Part shown: in pieces, positions 9,957 through 20,498 of the stretch
How the letters are laid out: every line of letters begins with the position of its first letter
Position numbering within the stretch: the first letter of the stretch is position 1
Assembly: GCA_965223335.1 (NCBI GenBank)
Contig: OZ244991.1
Span: 2,304,001 to 2,368,000, forward strand
Origin: Thermodesulfobacteriota bacterium
GTDB lineage: Bacteria; Desulfobacterota_D; UBA1144; Nemesobacterales; UBA2774
DNA length: 64,000 bases
Direction: 5' to 3'
Notes under the pieces: generated by a model
Database searches by the model: none
The model's input: the letters and a program-made list of their open reading frames with translations, nothing else
Told to the model about the DNA's origin: nothing
Position numbers and translations under genes: made by a program

Positions 9957-11854
9957 TAAGCGTCACTCGTCCTAATAGCTGCAACAGATCCTCCACCAGA
10001 GCCTAACGTGGCCGGAGCCTCGAATGTTTTAATGGGTGTGGCTCCACCGTCACGTACTCTTACAAACAAGTCTCGATCACTCGAATACACCGCAGTAAAA
10101 CTCGCTGTTGCGGCCGCAGCTAGCTCGTCTATATAAGCAATGAATATCTCGTTGCCAATAGCTGCTGCATCCCCATATGTGCCCGACAATGTGTACGTGC
10201 TCCCAGTGTAAGACGAGTATGGAGTTTCCAGGTACACACCATTGTCATTCTCTACCCTTATATCCCCGCTAACCGGAGTGTCAGATGGGATAGTAGTATT
10301 TTGTTCTACAGATGTAGATCCCGATGTTAGAGCTGTTGTAGCAACTGTAAACTGGTTTTTCTGTAATACACCCGCGCTTCTCGGCCCTACAAGCACCCTG
10401 TCCTCGCCCGATACCAGTCCGCTCACTGTAAAGGTCACATTGTTGGGTGGTGTTTGAGTAGTTCCTGACAGGTCCTCTATCGAGTCCGACGCGCTTAAAT
10501 CGTTTGCGTCCACACCTATTCCATATGCACCGATCAACGTCCCTGTGTACGAACCCAAAAATATTTTCGGAACAGTCCTTGCTGTAGGTGCCAGGTTTAC
10601 GTCTGAAGTAGAGTTACTTGAACGCCCTATAATCTCGGAATTATCTACCGGGGCCACACCTGTGAGCAGTTGTATCCACATAGTCCCCGTTGTCCCGTTA
10701 TCATCAAGGGCCAGCAACAACCCTGTTCCACCACCTGTACCTGTTACGGTTACATTAACATCTGCGGTAGCGGCAGAGCTAAGACCTGTGATCTGTTCGT
10801 TATCCGCCGGGGTCGCACTACCGGAATCTAGCATTACATACATTGTGGATGTACCATCATCGTATGTTATCTGGCCGCTTCCACCACCGGCGAATGTTAC
10901 TTGCTCATCCTCTGTGAATGTGCCCGAGAGGTTGTCGTATGCAATTTCGGTACCCCACGCGATGATCTCATCTTCGGTAAAGTTCGCACTCTCGTTGTCA
11001 TAATCTATCTCATGAGTAATACCTAAAAACAGTTCACCGTTTATACCATGAATAGTTTTCGCCGTACCGTTACCGGAGAGGTCTTTAATAAACTCCCATA
11101 TACCCTTAAGCCCGTCACCCGATGTATCCGCGCCATAAGTCCACTTGCTATAGTAGTCCCTCGATCCGTTTCCGTTGTTAAGGTCGATCTGCTGGTATCC
11201 TTCGGTATTCGTAACGTGCGTGTAAGCGGTAACAGTTGCCTGCAGGGTATCGTTTTGTGCATCGGGTGTGGTACCTATAGCCGCCACCGACTCACCTTGT
11301 CCCAATGTCACATTAAAGAAGTCGTAAGTATCACCCCAATGGCGCGCCTGTACTCGTATTCGTTTACCATCAATATCGGCCCCACCGTCACGCGATTTGA
11401 TAAGCACGCGCATCAAGATACCGGCTGCTGAATTACCATTGTAACCACCTGTAGATTGATCACCCCAGAATGGTGAGGCTGGTGTAGTGGTGAATTGATA
11501 CAGGTCGTTATTCTGAATAACCATCAACTGTGTGCTTGTGTTATTTACAGCACCAAGAACTCTCAACCCCGAATAAACCGTATCCCCACCCGATTGCGAT
11601 ATAGATCCGTCATACAGATGCTCCGCGGCCGTATCATCAATATTGTATGTGCCCAAAAGGGTTATAATGTTGTCTGTTGAGCGGTCAGACGGTGTGTCCG
11701 ATGTAATGTCCACCAGGTCGTTACCCGAAGCGCTTGCATCGTCAGCCAGATCTTGGAGGAACCTGTGCAGTTCCAGCACCGTATAGTTTGCGGTCGTGCC
11801 CGTATATCTAATATCGCCGTTAACCGCTACCGAAAAATCATCAGCTATAGCCAT
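9956..11854 (-). CDS. Large T/G/D-rich phage structural protein
   Basis: 632 aa ORF with GGAGG RBS; virion-like composition. Confidence 0.65.
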   Translation of the reverse strand: MAIADDFSVAVNGDIRYTGTTANYTVLELHRFLQDLADDASASGNDLVDITSDTPSDRSTDNIITLLGTYNIDDTAAEHLYDGSISQSGGDTVYSGLRVLGAVNNTSTQLMVIQNNDLYQFTTTPASPFWGDQSTGGYNGNSAAGILMRVLIKSRDGGADIDGKRIRVQARHWGDTYDFFNVTLGQGESVAAIGTTPDAQNDTLQATVTAYTHVTNTEGYQQIDLNNGNGSRDYYSKWTYGADTSGDGLKGIWEFIKDLSGNGTAKTIHGINGELFLGITHEIDYDNESANFTEDEIIAWGTEIAYDNLSGTFTEDEQVTFAGGGSGQITYDDGTSTMYVMLDSGSATPADNEQITGLSSAATADVNVTVTGTGGGTGLLLALDDNGTTGTMWIQLLTGVAPVDNSEIIGRSSNSTSDVNLAPTARTVPKIFLGSYTGTLIGAYGIGVDANDLSASDSIEDLSGTTQTPPNNVTFTVSGLVSGEDRVLVGPRSAGVLQKNQFTVATTALTSGSTSVEQNTTIPSDTPVSGDIRVENDNGVYLETPYSSYTGSTYTLSGTYGDAAAIGNEIFIAYIDELAAAATASFTAVYSSDRDLFVRVRDGGATPIKTFEAPATLGSGGGSVAAIRTSDA

Positions 11855-11945
11855 GTTCTAAAACCTCCGGTTCTTACGTTGTTTGTTGAATTGAATGGAC
11901 CGGGGGTTCCCGGTCCGTATATTGTTTTGTTAAATTAAATACTGC

Positions 11946-13754
11946 TTACCCATCGCCGATCATCGTAATGGTAGAGTCGAAACCCGCACTCGTGATGGTC
12001 CCAGTTATAGGAGAGCTTTTATAATAAGGTGCGCTCGTGCTTTTACGTGCTTTTCCCTTAACCGGCTGGTTGCTGGCAAAGTTAAACCCTGTGTTGTCTG
12101 CCAGGCCAGATACGTTAGTGAGTTCATTTATGATTACCGCACTCGCTGTTATCGTGCCCGTTGCGGGTGTGGCAGGTGAACCGCTCACAGTGTAGTCGTA
12201 AGCGTTTGTACTCACGTTTGATATGGTAAAGACTCCATTGTATTCCTGTTGTGTAGCCCCTCGTATCACGACTAAGTCGTTATTAGCCATGCCGTGTCCA
12301 GTGTGTGAAACAGTGGCGGTAGTACCGCTTCTTGTGATTGTGGCCGTATCCCCTGCGGGCAGGCTCCCACCGGTGTCAGCCTCCAAAAATACCCTCGCGT
12401 TCTGTATCGCTGTACCCCCCGAGTCCACACACGTCACTTTTACAGCCACGGTGTTGTTGACGGTGGTTGATGACCCCGTCCCGTTTCGTACCGTAGGAGT
12501 GTCACCGCCCCCTAGTATGTTAAGCGTCACGGCACCGCCCGAGTTGTTGTACACCGCTGCGTCGTTGCTTCCGCCCGTGCCATACCCGCTAAACGTGTTA
12601 CCGGTAAAACTGTATGTGCCCGTTGAGCTTATCTCAATCGCATGCCCCGATCCACCCGAAGTAAACGCACAGTCTGTAATCTTAGAAGGGTCGTTGGATG
12701 TAAGGAAAGCTACTCCACTAGCAACCGTAGGCGAATCTACAACACAATTGTCTATAAGAGCGCTTGACTGTGTCAGTGCCTCACTGCTCACTATTGTAGA
12801 ATTATCCAAACTGCATGCACTTGTAAGTGTAATATTCCTAAAGTTGTTGATAAGTGTGCCGTCCACAAGCAGGTCGCCAGAGGTCCCTGTGGCCGTAAAG
12901 TCCGGGCGCGTATCTACTGTGGTCTCTGTGCCACGGCCTAGAAAGTTACACCCCACTATGTCTACATCCGTAGTGGCATTGCTAAGGTCTGTAGTAATAC
13001 CGCTAAATCCCGTATCAAATAACCCATCGGGGAACACCACCGTCACACCACTGTCGTTAAACACTGTTGCTGTAGAGGACCCTATTGTGAGCATCCCATA
13101 GACAAATAATATCCCCTCAAGCGTAGTCACATAACCGTAACGGTTACCGCCAGTACCCTCATCGTGCGATACAAAGTCGTCAAATACACCGTCTGTGTCG
13201 GCTCCGTCCCCGCCTGTAAGTGTGAGCCCCGCACCCACATCCACCGCATCCATTGCCAGGTTCTCCGACTTCGACGTAGCGGTAAAATCCGCCTGTATCC
13301 CATAGTAATCCGCAGCGCTCAGTGACGGTGAACCCCCCGTCCTATCCCTATACGCCGAGACGTTCGGGTCAATCGGCCTAATCAGCCATCCACCCTTAAT
13401 CGGATATGTGTCCGCACCCTCCAAGTCGTATTCATAATAGTCCGTAGCCGATGAACCGATCCTGATCTGCAGACCCGGTGTGGTTCTGTTCTCTAGTGCA
13501 TCTTTATTGGTTGCGATGAACTTGAATATCACCGTTTGGTATGTACCCGTAGAGCTTATATCAGTTGTCGAAGCCGGTGTAAGGGCAAACCCTCTTGTGC
13601 TCGTGCTCACCTTTCTCGAGACCGAGTTCGTGCCCTGGTATACAAAGTCCGGTTCCAGGGTCGAACCTGCACCGCCTCCAATGTCTGTGATATTTGTTAG
13701 CGAATCAAGCGCATCAATGCGTGTGTTGTCCGCTGTCACGGATACTGTAGCCAT
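11946..13754 (-). CDS. Phage structural protein with beta-helix-like region
   Basis: 602 aa, T/G/S-rich; FTGNTFSGYG-type repeats. Confidence 0.65.
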   Translation of the reverse strand: MATVSVTADNTRIDALDSLTNITDIGGGAGSTLEPDFVYQGTNSVSRKVSTSTRGFALTPASTTDISSTGTYQTVIFKFIATNKDALENRTTPGLQIRIGSSATDYYEYDLEGADTYPIKGGWLIRPIDPNVSAYRDRTGGSPSLSAADYYGIQADFTATSKSENLAMDAVDVGAGLTLTGGDGADTDGVFDDFVSHDEGTGGNRYGYVTTLEGILFVYGMLTIGSSTATVFNDSGVTVVFPDGLFDTGFSGITTDLSNATTDVDIVGCNFLGRGTETTVDTRPDFTATGTSGDLLVDGTLINNFRNITLTSACSLDNSTIVSSEALTQSSALIDNCVVDSPTVASGVAFLTSNDPSKITDCAFTSGGSGHAIEISSTGTYSFTGNTFSGYGTGGSNDAAVYNNSGGAVTLNILGGGDTPTVRNGTGSSTTVNNTVAVKVTCVDSGGTAIQNARVFLEADTGGSLPAGDTATITRSGTTATVSHTGHGMANNDLVVIRGATQQEYNGVFTISNVSTNAYDYTVSGSPATPATGTITASAVIINELTNVSGLADNTGFNFASNQPVKGKARKSTSAPYYKSSPITGTITSAGFDSTITMIGDG

Positions 13755-13839
13755 AGATTATTCCTTTAATGTGCGTAATCCCGCCGGCCCGATACGTCTC
13801 AGGGATCATAATAAGATAATTTGTATAGAGTGGTTTACG

Positions 13840-14940
13840 CTACTCAACGGTCCCGTTTAGGTCCCAGCCTGTGGACTCCACGTACTTTTCCCTAAACCCG
13901 TCCATACGTTTGTTGTTCCATCTCCACATATTGCTAGAGACGTTCCAAGTGTTTTGGTCCACAAAGTTATTGCTCGATCGGCGGTCCTGCGTCGAGAACG
14001 CAAAATACTCGGGGAGCGTCGATGTGAATTTATTGTTCTTAATCACATTTTGCGTCGAGTTATAGATGCAAAACGAGTAATGCGCATCGTCGTTAGTTAC
14101 TTCGGGGTAAGAATTCGCAATAAATTTATTGTTTTGAATCACGTTACGATCGGCGTTATGGAAAAACACTATACCCCACGAGTTATTTTCAAATGTGTTT
14201 CCCTCTACCATTGTGCCGGTCATTTTCGTCCCACATCCATACCCGTTCCACTGTATCCCCCGCCCCGGGTTCTCACGGATTGTGTTGTTTGTAATAATGT
14301 GGTTGCTCGAGCCCTTACAACTAAAGTCGCTAATGTATATACCGTGGCAGTGCCGCGGGCTCCGCCCGCCCCACTCCGCCATTGTGCACCCGCCCTCTCG
14401 CACGCCGTTTTTCTCTATCACGTTGTTGTCTATCAGCACGTTATTAACCGACGTGATTAGTATCCCTTGGTAGCGCGAGTTCGTAATGTAGTTGTTTTTG
14501 ATGCTCGCAAACGGGGCAAACACCTTGATCCCGTCATATCCGTCCTCGATCCTAAAGCCCTCCACGGTCACATAGGGTGCTGTGATCTCGACCCTCTCCT
14601 GCGCACTGTTCCAGGGCTTGAACTTAAGCACCGGCTTATGCCCGTTATACGCCCTCAGCGTCACCCCTGCTTTGTTAAGCTCTATCTTCCCGGTATATGT
14701 ACCGTTCTTTACCTCTACCACATCACCCGGCTTTGTGTTTTCAAGTGCTTTTTGGATTGTAGCGTAGTTGCCCGTGCCCGATGCATCCACTACTATCACA
14801 TTCCCGTTAGGGATTGCATTTTGCGAGCTTGCGGACGTAGTATCTGTCGGCGGTCCCTCTAACACGGTCCCGGCGCCGCTGCAGTCTATACAAAGTGTTG
14901 CGATTGTTACTACGAGTAATGCAAAGATTGTTGGCCTCAT
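13840..14940 (-). CDS. Right-handed beta-helix (pectin lyase-like) protein, secreted or lipoprotein
   Basis: YATIQKAL..KPGDVVEVKNGTY followed by I.NN.I repeats; N-terminal signal. Confidence 0.75.
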   Translation of the reverse strand: MRPTIFALLVVTIATLCIDCSGAGTVLEGPPTDTTSASSQNAIPNGNVIVVDASGTGNYATIQKALENTKPGDVVEVKNGTYTGKIELNKAGVTLRAYNGHKPVLKFKPWNSAQERVEITAPYVTVEGFRIEDGYDGIKVFAPFASIKNNYITNSRYQGILITSVNNVLIDNNVIEKNGVREGGCTMAEWGGRSPRHCHGIYISDFSCKGSSNHIITNNTIRENPGRGIQWNGYGCGTKMTGTMVEGNTFENNSWGIVFFHNADRNVIQNNKFIANSYPEVTNDDAHYSFCIYNSTQNVIKNNKFTSTLPEYFAFSTQDRRSSNNFVDQNTWNVSSNMWRWNNKRMDGFREKYVESTGWDLNGTVE

Positions 14941-15034
14941 ATCCCCAAATCCCCTCCGAAGTATTTACAACCTTATTAGTATGCTTGAAGATCCGTATTA
15001 ATGTATATAATTTCTTCGGATTAACAACTAAGCC

Positions 15035-15469
15035 CTATATGTCCATCTCCTCGTCATATAGGATCATAAGCTCCATCGCAAACCCGCGATAAGGCGAGTT
15101 CTCCTCTATCTCCAGGTTCGTGTTTATGTTCTTAATCTCTGTGGTTATGGCACTTCCCCCGCGCCTACGGTCCCGCATGATTAACCGCCTTGAGTCCGCA
15201 ATCAGCTCGCTTAGCTCCTTTGTGTCCTCGCTGTCCTCTTCGTTGAGAATAACTACGATGCTCGGTGCCAGGGCAACCCTCACCACCTCGCTCCTCAGCA
15301 CCTGATCAATGGTGCTCTCTGCAGTGTCCTCGATTATAGCAGCCGGCAGTCTGAATCTACTTATCGTATCGGTGGTCACACTCTCTCCCACCAGCCCCAC
15401 TTCCTCTAGCTTGTACGATCCCGACAGGCTCTCGGCCAGGTCAATGAAAATCTCCTCTCTTTTAGTCAT
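15035..15469 (-). CDS. Putative tail terminator/completion protein
   Basis: Size, acidity and position after the neck gene. Confidence 0.5.
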   Translation of the reverse strand: MTKREEIFIDLAESLSGSYKLEEVGLVGESVTTDTISRFRLPAAIIEDTAESTIDQVLRSEVVRVALAPSIVVILNEEDSEDTKELSELIADSRRLIMRDRRRGGSAITTEIKNINTNLEIEENSPYRGFAMELMILYDEEMDI

Positions 15470-15918
15470 CCTACAGCTTCCTTTATAGCTTTAGTAAGGT
15501 GTCTTTGTACAATTTCGTCTATCTTTGCCCTTGCTTTTTTATCGCTAGCCCCTATGCCAAAAAACTCTCTTTTAGGTACTCCCCGGCCTGATTGGTGCGC
15601 CGCGGCGATCCTTTCGTATTTGGTGCTTCCGAACCCTACAGTGACTTTATCTTTGGATGCGCTTTTAACCCTCATATCGTTTAGCATCCCGCCGCTTTCG
15701 CTCAGGTCCACTTTACCCCGCCTACCCTTAGTTCTGGACGAGTACGGTGCAAACGGTCTCAGGTTTACGTCCAAGCCCTTGTTGGTGCGCTCCTTCGAGT
15801 AGCTCACCACATATTCCCCCACCTCCTGCATCATCTCTTTCGAGGGAAATTTCTGCCCAAGCTTCTTCGGAAACGATTTTAGAAAACCCGTTAATTCACT
15901 CGTGTTAATTTTGATCAT
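15466..15918 (-). CDS. Phage virion morphogenesis (neck, gpS-like) protein
   Basis: PFAPYS..TK, VTVGF, AAHQSG.GVPKREFFGI motifs. Confidence 0.75.
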   Translation of the reverse strand: MIKINTSELTGFLKSFPKKLGQKFPSKEMMQEVGEYVVSYSKERTNKGLDVNLRPFAPYSSRTKGRRGKVDLSESGGMLNDMRVKSASKDKVTVGFGSTKYERIAAAHQSGRGVPKREFFGIGASDKKARAKIDEIVQRHLTKAIKEAVG

Positions 15919-16036
15919 TAATTTGTCTGCAGTTGTTTATATTTTTGTTTTTCCTTAATGAGATCGAAGGTCTCAATCCTACATTACAGGAGCACTTTGT
16001 GTACGTTCACATCTTTTTTCATTTTTTTTTAGCCTA

Positions 16037-16218
16037 ATGGGGTTGTAAACCCCACTCCCGACATTCAGCTATTAGCGTAAAGATAATTTGCGAGTACGGT
16101 GTTAAGAATGGATTTCGGGGATGAGGTTGGATAAATCTATTTAACCGTACGAGTGAATTATTAGCTAATCGCTGTCAGTCGGTGATTTTTGCATACTTTT
16201 GATCAAGCAAAAGTATGA
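16037..16218 (+). repeat. Structured repeat unit
   Basis: 5' hairpin, ccgac(16058)..gtcgg(16182) long stem, 3' hairpin. Confidence 0.85.
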
Positions 16219-16382
16219 AGTAAAGAAGTACAAAGAATCGTGAAATTAATATAGAATCCTTAAGGCTCATTCCTTTCGATATAATGTTTTTTGTATAGTC
16301 TCAGATTCCCGCACATCGAATGCACACTCATGGCATGCACATTAATCTTTTAGCACGTTTGTGTAGCACTTACTAAACTGTA

Positions 16383-17075
16383 TTATGTCCTGTAGATCCG
16401 AAACCCTTCACTACTCACCGACTTCTCATGATCCTCTATTATCCCGCTTTGGTCCCAATCGTAATCTATTCCAGTCGCCAATATCAGTTCATACTCCACC
16501 ATCGCTTTTTCAAGGAACTCCTTAGCCTTTCGCGAGTAGTAATCCTCGTCATCCTGTCTCTTAGCCAACCTGGGCAGTACGTAGTTGCCCAATACCCAAT
16601 ATGAAGATAGTTTCCCAAGCTCAATGTTGGCGTTTAGCATAAGCCCCGGGTCAAATACGATTGATGTCCCCAGCGCACCCCCGCTTCTATCTCTTACCTC
16701 GGGCAAGAACCAGTCCCTCTCAATCATCCTGTCTATATCCGCCTTAGCCAAGTCATGGTCGTTTGCAAACCCGCTCTCCATCACCTGCTCTACCTTTGTG
16801 TTGCTCTTGTGGAGTTTTCTGGCTGCGGTCGTAAATGTCACGTCCTCTCCCGCGACACTTGTGGCCTCTAGTATCTCTGCGTTGGTCTTCTCCCCCACAC
16901 GAAAGTACTCCCCCGCCGCCAAGTCTGTGGTGTCCTGGAACTTAAGCGTCATATCCCCCGCCGCTGCATCTGCTCCCAGCGTTGTTTTAAGCCCCCCGCC
17001 GGTCTGGTCCGGCAGCCCCAGGTCCAGCACATCGGGCATAAACATCTCTAAATCCGCATCCGTCGAATACGCCAT
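16383..17075 (-). CDS. Head-tail adaptor-like protein with inserted beta domain
   Basis: MAYST.ADL start; C-terminal IDYDWDQSG; position after capsid genes. Confidence 0.6.
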   Translation of the reverse strand: MAYSTDADLEMFMPDVLDLGLPDQTGGGLKTTLGADAAAGDMTLKFQDTTDLAAGEYFRVGEKTNAEILEATSVAGEDVTFTTAARKLHKSNTKVEQVMESGFANDHDLAKADIDRMIERDWFLPEVRDRSGGALGTSIVFDPGLMLNANIELGKLSSYWVLGNYVLPRLAKRQDDEDYYSRKAKEFLEKAMVEYELILATGIDYDWDQSGIIEDHEKSVSSEGFRIYRT

Positions 17076-17152
17076 GATTTATCCACCTTGTTATTCAAAA
17101 TAAGAATAATTGTATAACTTTTTGTAGTTGCTTTATTTTTTACTTTTTCCCA

Positions 17153-17333
17153 ATGAGGTCGTGGACCTCAAATCGACATTACGGCAATGGCGTATAGAAA
17201 ATAAGCTTGCGAGACGTTAAGAATGGATTTCGGGGTTGTGGTTGGATTAAATACATTTAGTCTCATAAGATTATTTTTAGCCATTTCCGTACAGTCGATG
17301 ACTTTTGCATACTTTTGGTCAAGCAAAAGTATG
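17153..17333 (+). repeat. Structured repeat unit with compensatory tcgac/gtcga ends
   Basis: Full unit; outer pair changed on both arms. Confidence 0.85.
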
Positions 17334-17444
17334 AGTTAACAATGAGTTATATGATCACCTATCCCACAAACTATTTCGGTAGGGATAATATAATTTGTGA
17401 TTTTTGTTGTACCTAATATTAGAGAATGAGTCGATATTCTGAGC

Positions 17445-17735
17445 TTAGTCTTCCAACCACGGCAACTCAGGCACCACAAACGACTTACTAGTAGAACGAT
17501 AACCCTTACGCTCAAGCCTCCGGGCTCCATCCGCTCTCACCTCTCTGCGCTCTCCCCGCTCGTTTTCCATCACCACGGTGCCGAATTCTTTTGTGGCTCT
17601 TTCGTTCCGCTCGTTTGTACTGTCCTTGGCGTCACGAAGCATCCCGCTTAGCGCTTGCACGTCCTTTCCGCTTGCCCGTACTTCCCACTCGGGTTTTCGC
17701 CCCGGTCTCTTTATCTTTCTTTCCTCTATCGCCAT
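17445..17735 (-). CDS. Hypothetical phage protein
   Basis: 96 aa ORF with RBS, downstream of capsid gene. Confidence 0.5.
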   Translation of the reverse strand: MAIEERKIKRPGRKPEWEVRASGKDVQALSGMLRDAKDSTNERNERATKEFGTVVMENERGERREVRADGARRLERKGYRSTSKSFVVPELPWLED

Positions 17736-18192
17736 CCGTTTGGTCCTCGGGTTCGGTGTCGTCCAAAATCTGGGCTCCCGGCTCCGGCAGCCTAATCCCT
17801 TCCACCTTCATTTTGTACCGTTTGATTCTAATCCCGGCCTGCTTATCATCGGGGTCCGCCTCCACATTCTCCGTGCACTCCATCCATGGGTCTGCTACGG
17901 CTTTGTAACCAAGCCCTTGTTTGAACTGTAGTTTGTACATCCAGTTCCTGCAGTGTGTAGCAGTCTTTCTCCCCCGCGGGTTCGTGAACATTACGTTGTA
18001 AGGCCCCTCACCCTTTGTCCTGCACCTGTCCCATGCGTCGCATCCCCGGTTTGTGCCCGTAGGCTCCGAACACGTTGGATACCCTACGGCAAACCCCGGA
18101 TAAGTCTCGTTGGCGAGGTTCGGGTGACCCACCCTTGGGCCCCCGCCCGCCTCTTTCGCATCCTCTATCACTACATCTCTTATTTCAGCCAT
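17632..18192 (-). CDS. Hypothetical Cys-containing phage protein
   Basis: ORF directly after capsid gene. Confidence 0.55.
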   Translation of the reverse strand: MAEIRDVVIEDAKEAGGGPRVGHPNLANETYPGFAVGYPTCSEPTGTNRGCDAWDRCRTKGEGPYNVMFTNPRGRKTATHCRNWMYKLQFKQGLGYKAVADPWMECTENVEADPDDKQAGIRIKRYKMKVEGIRLPEPGAQILDDTEPEDQTDGDRGKKDKETGAKTRVGSTGKRKGRASAKRDAS

Positions 18193-18217
18193 TATTTTTC
18201 TCTTTTATTTATAGGTG

Positions 18218-19048
18218 TTACGTTGCGTTTGTCTGATACTCTACACCCAGCTCATCATTCATCTCTGCCACACCAAAGTCCTGCGAGGCCACTATCTTTG
18301 TCGACAGTGTATCGGCGTCGAATTCCACATCTACTGTCGGTGTCTGTTTACGTGCAATCGCAAACGCCCTATCAGTATAGATCATGTTCCTTGCCGTGGT
18401 CGATACCTGCACACTCGAGCTAAAGTCTATGTTCACGCCATATGCGAGTCCGATTGTCCCTGTTTTGGCAGGCCCATTCTCTTCGCCTCTAACACTAGCA
18501 GAGTTGATGTTAGCAACCGCCAGTACATGGTCCCACTGTGCGGGATGGAATACTCCCCATATAGGCGTCTCTCCCATCAGCACTTTGTTCTTTCCACCCT
18601 GGATCAGGTCCCTTATTGCAAGCAGGAAGTTAGCCTCGCTAAAGTCCGACGCTCCCCCCACGCTCTGCGACAGCCCTGCATAGAGCCCTGCAATCTGCTC
18701 GTCCTCATACTGTGCCAGCGACTGTCCCAGCTCCACCTGATAGATATTACCCAGGCTCGTAACCGCTCTCATATCGGCCTTGCGGTCGATCTGTACCGCT
18801 GCATAGCTTACATCGGGTGTAATATCTACCGATGTTTCCGTATTAGCAGTGTACGATACGGTACCAGCGAACGCTGCGGCACTAATTGCACCGATCTTAG
18901 GGATATGCAGCACGTCCCCGGGTCCGCTGAACTGAAATTCCATAATACGCCCCGCAAAACCCCTGTGGTTATGCGCGGCAAACTCCACCTCGGCTTCCCA
19001 GATCTCCGGGATCACGGCCGCCGCGGTCGTGGTTGTTACATTAGCCAT
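18218..19048 (-). CDS. Major capsid protein (HK97-fold type)
   Basis: IPEIWEAEV, GDVLHIPKIG, C-terminal FGVAEM motifs; GGAGG RBS. Confidence 0.8.
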   Translation of the reverse strand: MANVTTTTAAAVIPEIWEAEVEFAAHNHRGFAGRIMEFQFSGPGDVLHIPKIGAISAAAFAGTVSYTANTETSVDITPDVSYAAVQIDRKADMRAVTSLGNIYQVELGQSLAQYEDEQIAGLYAGLSQSVGGASDFSEANFLLAIRDLIQGGKNKVLMGETPIWGVFHPAQWDHVLAVANINSASVRGEENGPAKTGTIGLAYGVNIDFSSSVQVSTTARNMIYTDRAFAIARKQTPTVDVEFDADTLSTKIVASQDFGVAEMNDELGVEYQTNAT

Positions 19049-19142
19049 CTAAATACCTCCTTTTTGTATCCTAAATTATTGGTATGTATTGAATATAGAA
19101 ATGTCGTATTTACTCTCAGAAAATAATGAGTTGTTTTTTTTA

Positions 19143-19388
19143 ATGGGATTGCAAATCCCAGTTCCGATATTACAGCCGTTTAGCGTTAAGATAATTTGTG
19201 AGTACGGTGTTAAGAATGGATTTCGGGGGTGTGGCGGGATAATCCTCCCACTACCCCATCTTATTCCTGCCTGCCGCTCATATACTACATTCGCTGGCGG
19301 TCCCCATGGGCACTTACGTAATGGGACTCCCTAAAAATGGGGTCCGCGACCCCTGATTTTTGGCTACTTTTGGTCAAGCTAAAGTAGC
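19143..19388 (+). repeat. Truncated/composite structured repeat
   Basis: 5' half of unit, ~55-bp module, REP-like hairpin and 3' hairpin. Confidence 0.75.
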
Positions 19389-19652
19389 ATAATAATATGC
19401 AATAAGAATCGTCCTACCGATAAACAATCCCAAGTGTAATTAACTTCCAGGTAATAAATCCTGATGGCGAACACACGAATAGCTGATATCACCGTATGAT
19501 TGCAAAGGAGCGTAGCGACTACAGCAATCCTTGATATAAAAGCCTTACAATTATTAAAGATTTTTCAATGTATTTACTAGAAATAAGAAGCCATAATAAT
19601 TGCAATAGCGGAAATAGTAACTGCCACTAATCATTCACTATTTCAAATTCAA

Positions 19653-20405
19653 TCAACCGCCGTAAAGGTGACGGTTATAAAGGGTGTCTACCACACCTTC
19701 TTTTTTGAGTTCCGCATAACGTTTAGGGTCTGTCTTTGCAATTTGTTTGATATCTTCCAGGGTGTATATACCGTTTTTCGATTTAACGCTTCCTGTTCCG
19801 GCCCCACGCGATTCAGTCGCGCGTGCCAAGCCAGGGCGGTTGTTTAAAAACTCCCTCATATATGCGGCGATGCTCATCTCCTTACCGGTTTCGGGGTCTA
19901 GTCTCGGGCCCCCGTCTTCGGCGGTAATCCTAGTGCTCTCGTCATCCCCGATCGCGATATACCCCTCGGTAAACGACACTATCATGTCCACGTTCTCTGG
20001 GTCTGCGCCTGCCTTCATAGCCGCCTCGGTTATTACCGCTCGTTTTTTATACGCCTCATACTTCTGCTTCCACGACTGTTTATCCTCTCTTTCTTTTACC
20101 AGTTCGGCCCTATGTTCCTGTTCCATGTGGGCGATCTTTTTTTCAAATTCGCCCCTCTCGCCTTCCAAGGTCTCTGCCATCCGCTTACTATCGCCCCTCC
20201 ACTTATTAAACTCTTCTAGCGCATTACCGTCCTCAAGCCCCATCTCCACGAGCTTTGCTCTAAACAGCTCATCCGCTTTCAGCTCTACAACCCTTTCAAA
20301 TTCCTGATCAGTATAATTTTTCTTCGAGCTAGTAGTCTTTTTCTTCTTCACCCCTGCTTTCTGCTTCTCTGGAGTCTCGTCGGTCATACTCTTTTGTTCA
20401 GCCAT
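19653..20405 (-). CDS. Capsid scaffolding protein
   Basis: Coiled coil followed by RGAGTG tail; upstream of capsid gene; start codon uncertain. Confidence 0.7.
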   Translation of the reverse strand: MAEQKSMTDETPEKQKAGVKKKKTTSSKKNYTDQEFERVVELKADELFRAKLVEMGLEDGNALEEFNKWRGDSKRMAETLEGERGEFEKKIAHMEQEHRAELVKEREDKQSWKQKYEAYKKRAVITEAAMKAGADPENVDMIVSFTEGYIAIGDDESTRITAEDGGPRLDPETGKEMSIAAYMREFLNNRPGLARATESRGAGTGSVKSKNGIYTLEDIKQIAKTDPKRYAELKKEGVVDTLYNRHLYGG

Positions 20406-20498
20406 AGTCATGCCTTTTTCGTACAACTCCTACAAGCTTTTACACCAAAGCCTTATACGCTCTATTAATTTGCAATGTATTGTTGTTTCGGCCAGCTA

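Noticed and set aside
12223..13101. Long + strand ORFs antisense to phage genes (also 18215-19126, 19747-20307)
   Set aside because: Shadow frames of well-supported - strand genes, with no recognisable motifs.
19497..19530. Degenerate palindrome gattgcaaaggagcgtagcgactacagcaatcc
   Set aside because: Single decayed copy resembling a widespread short palindromic element; nothing further can be supported.
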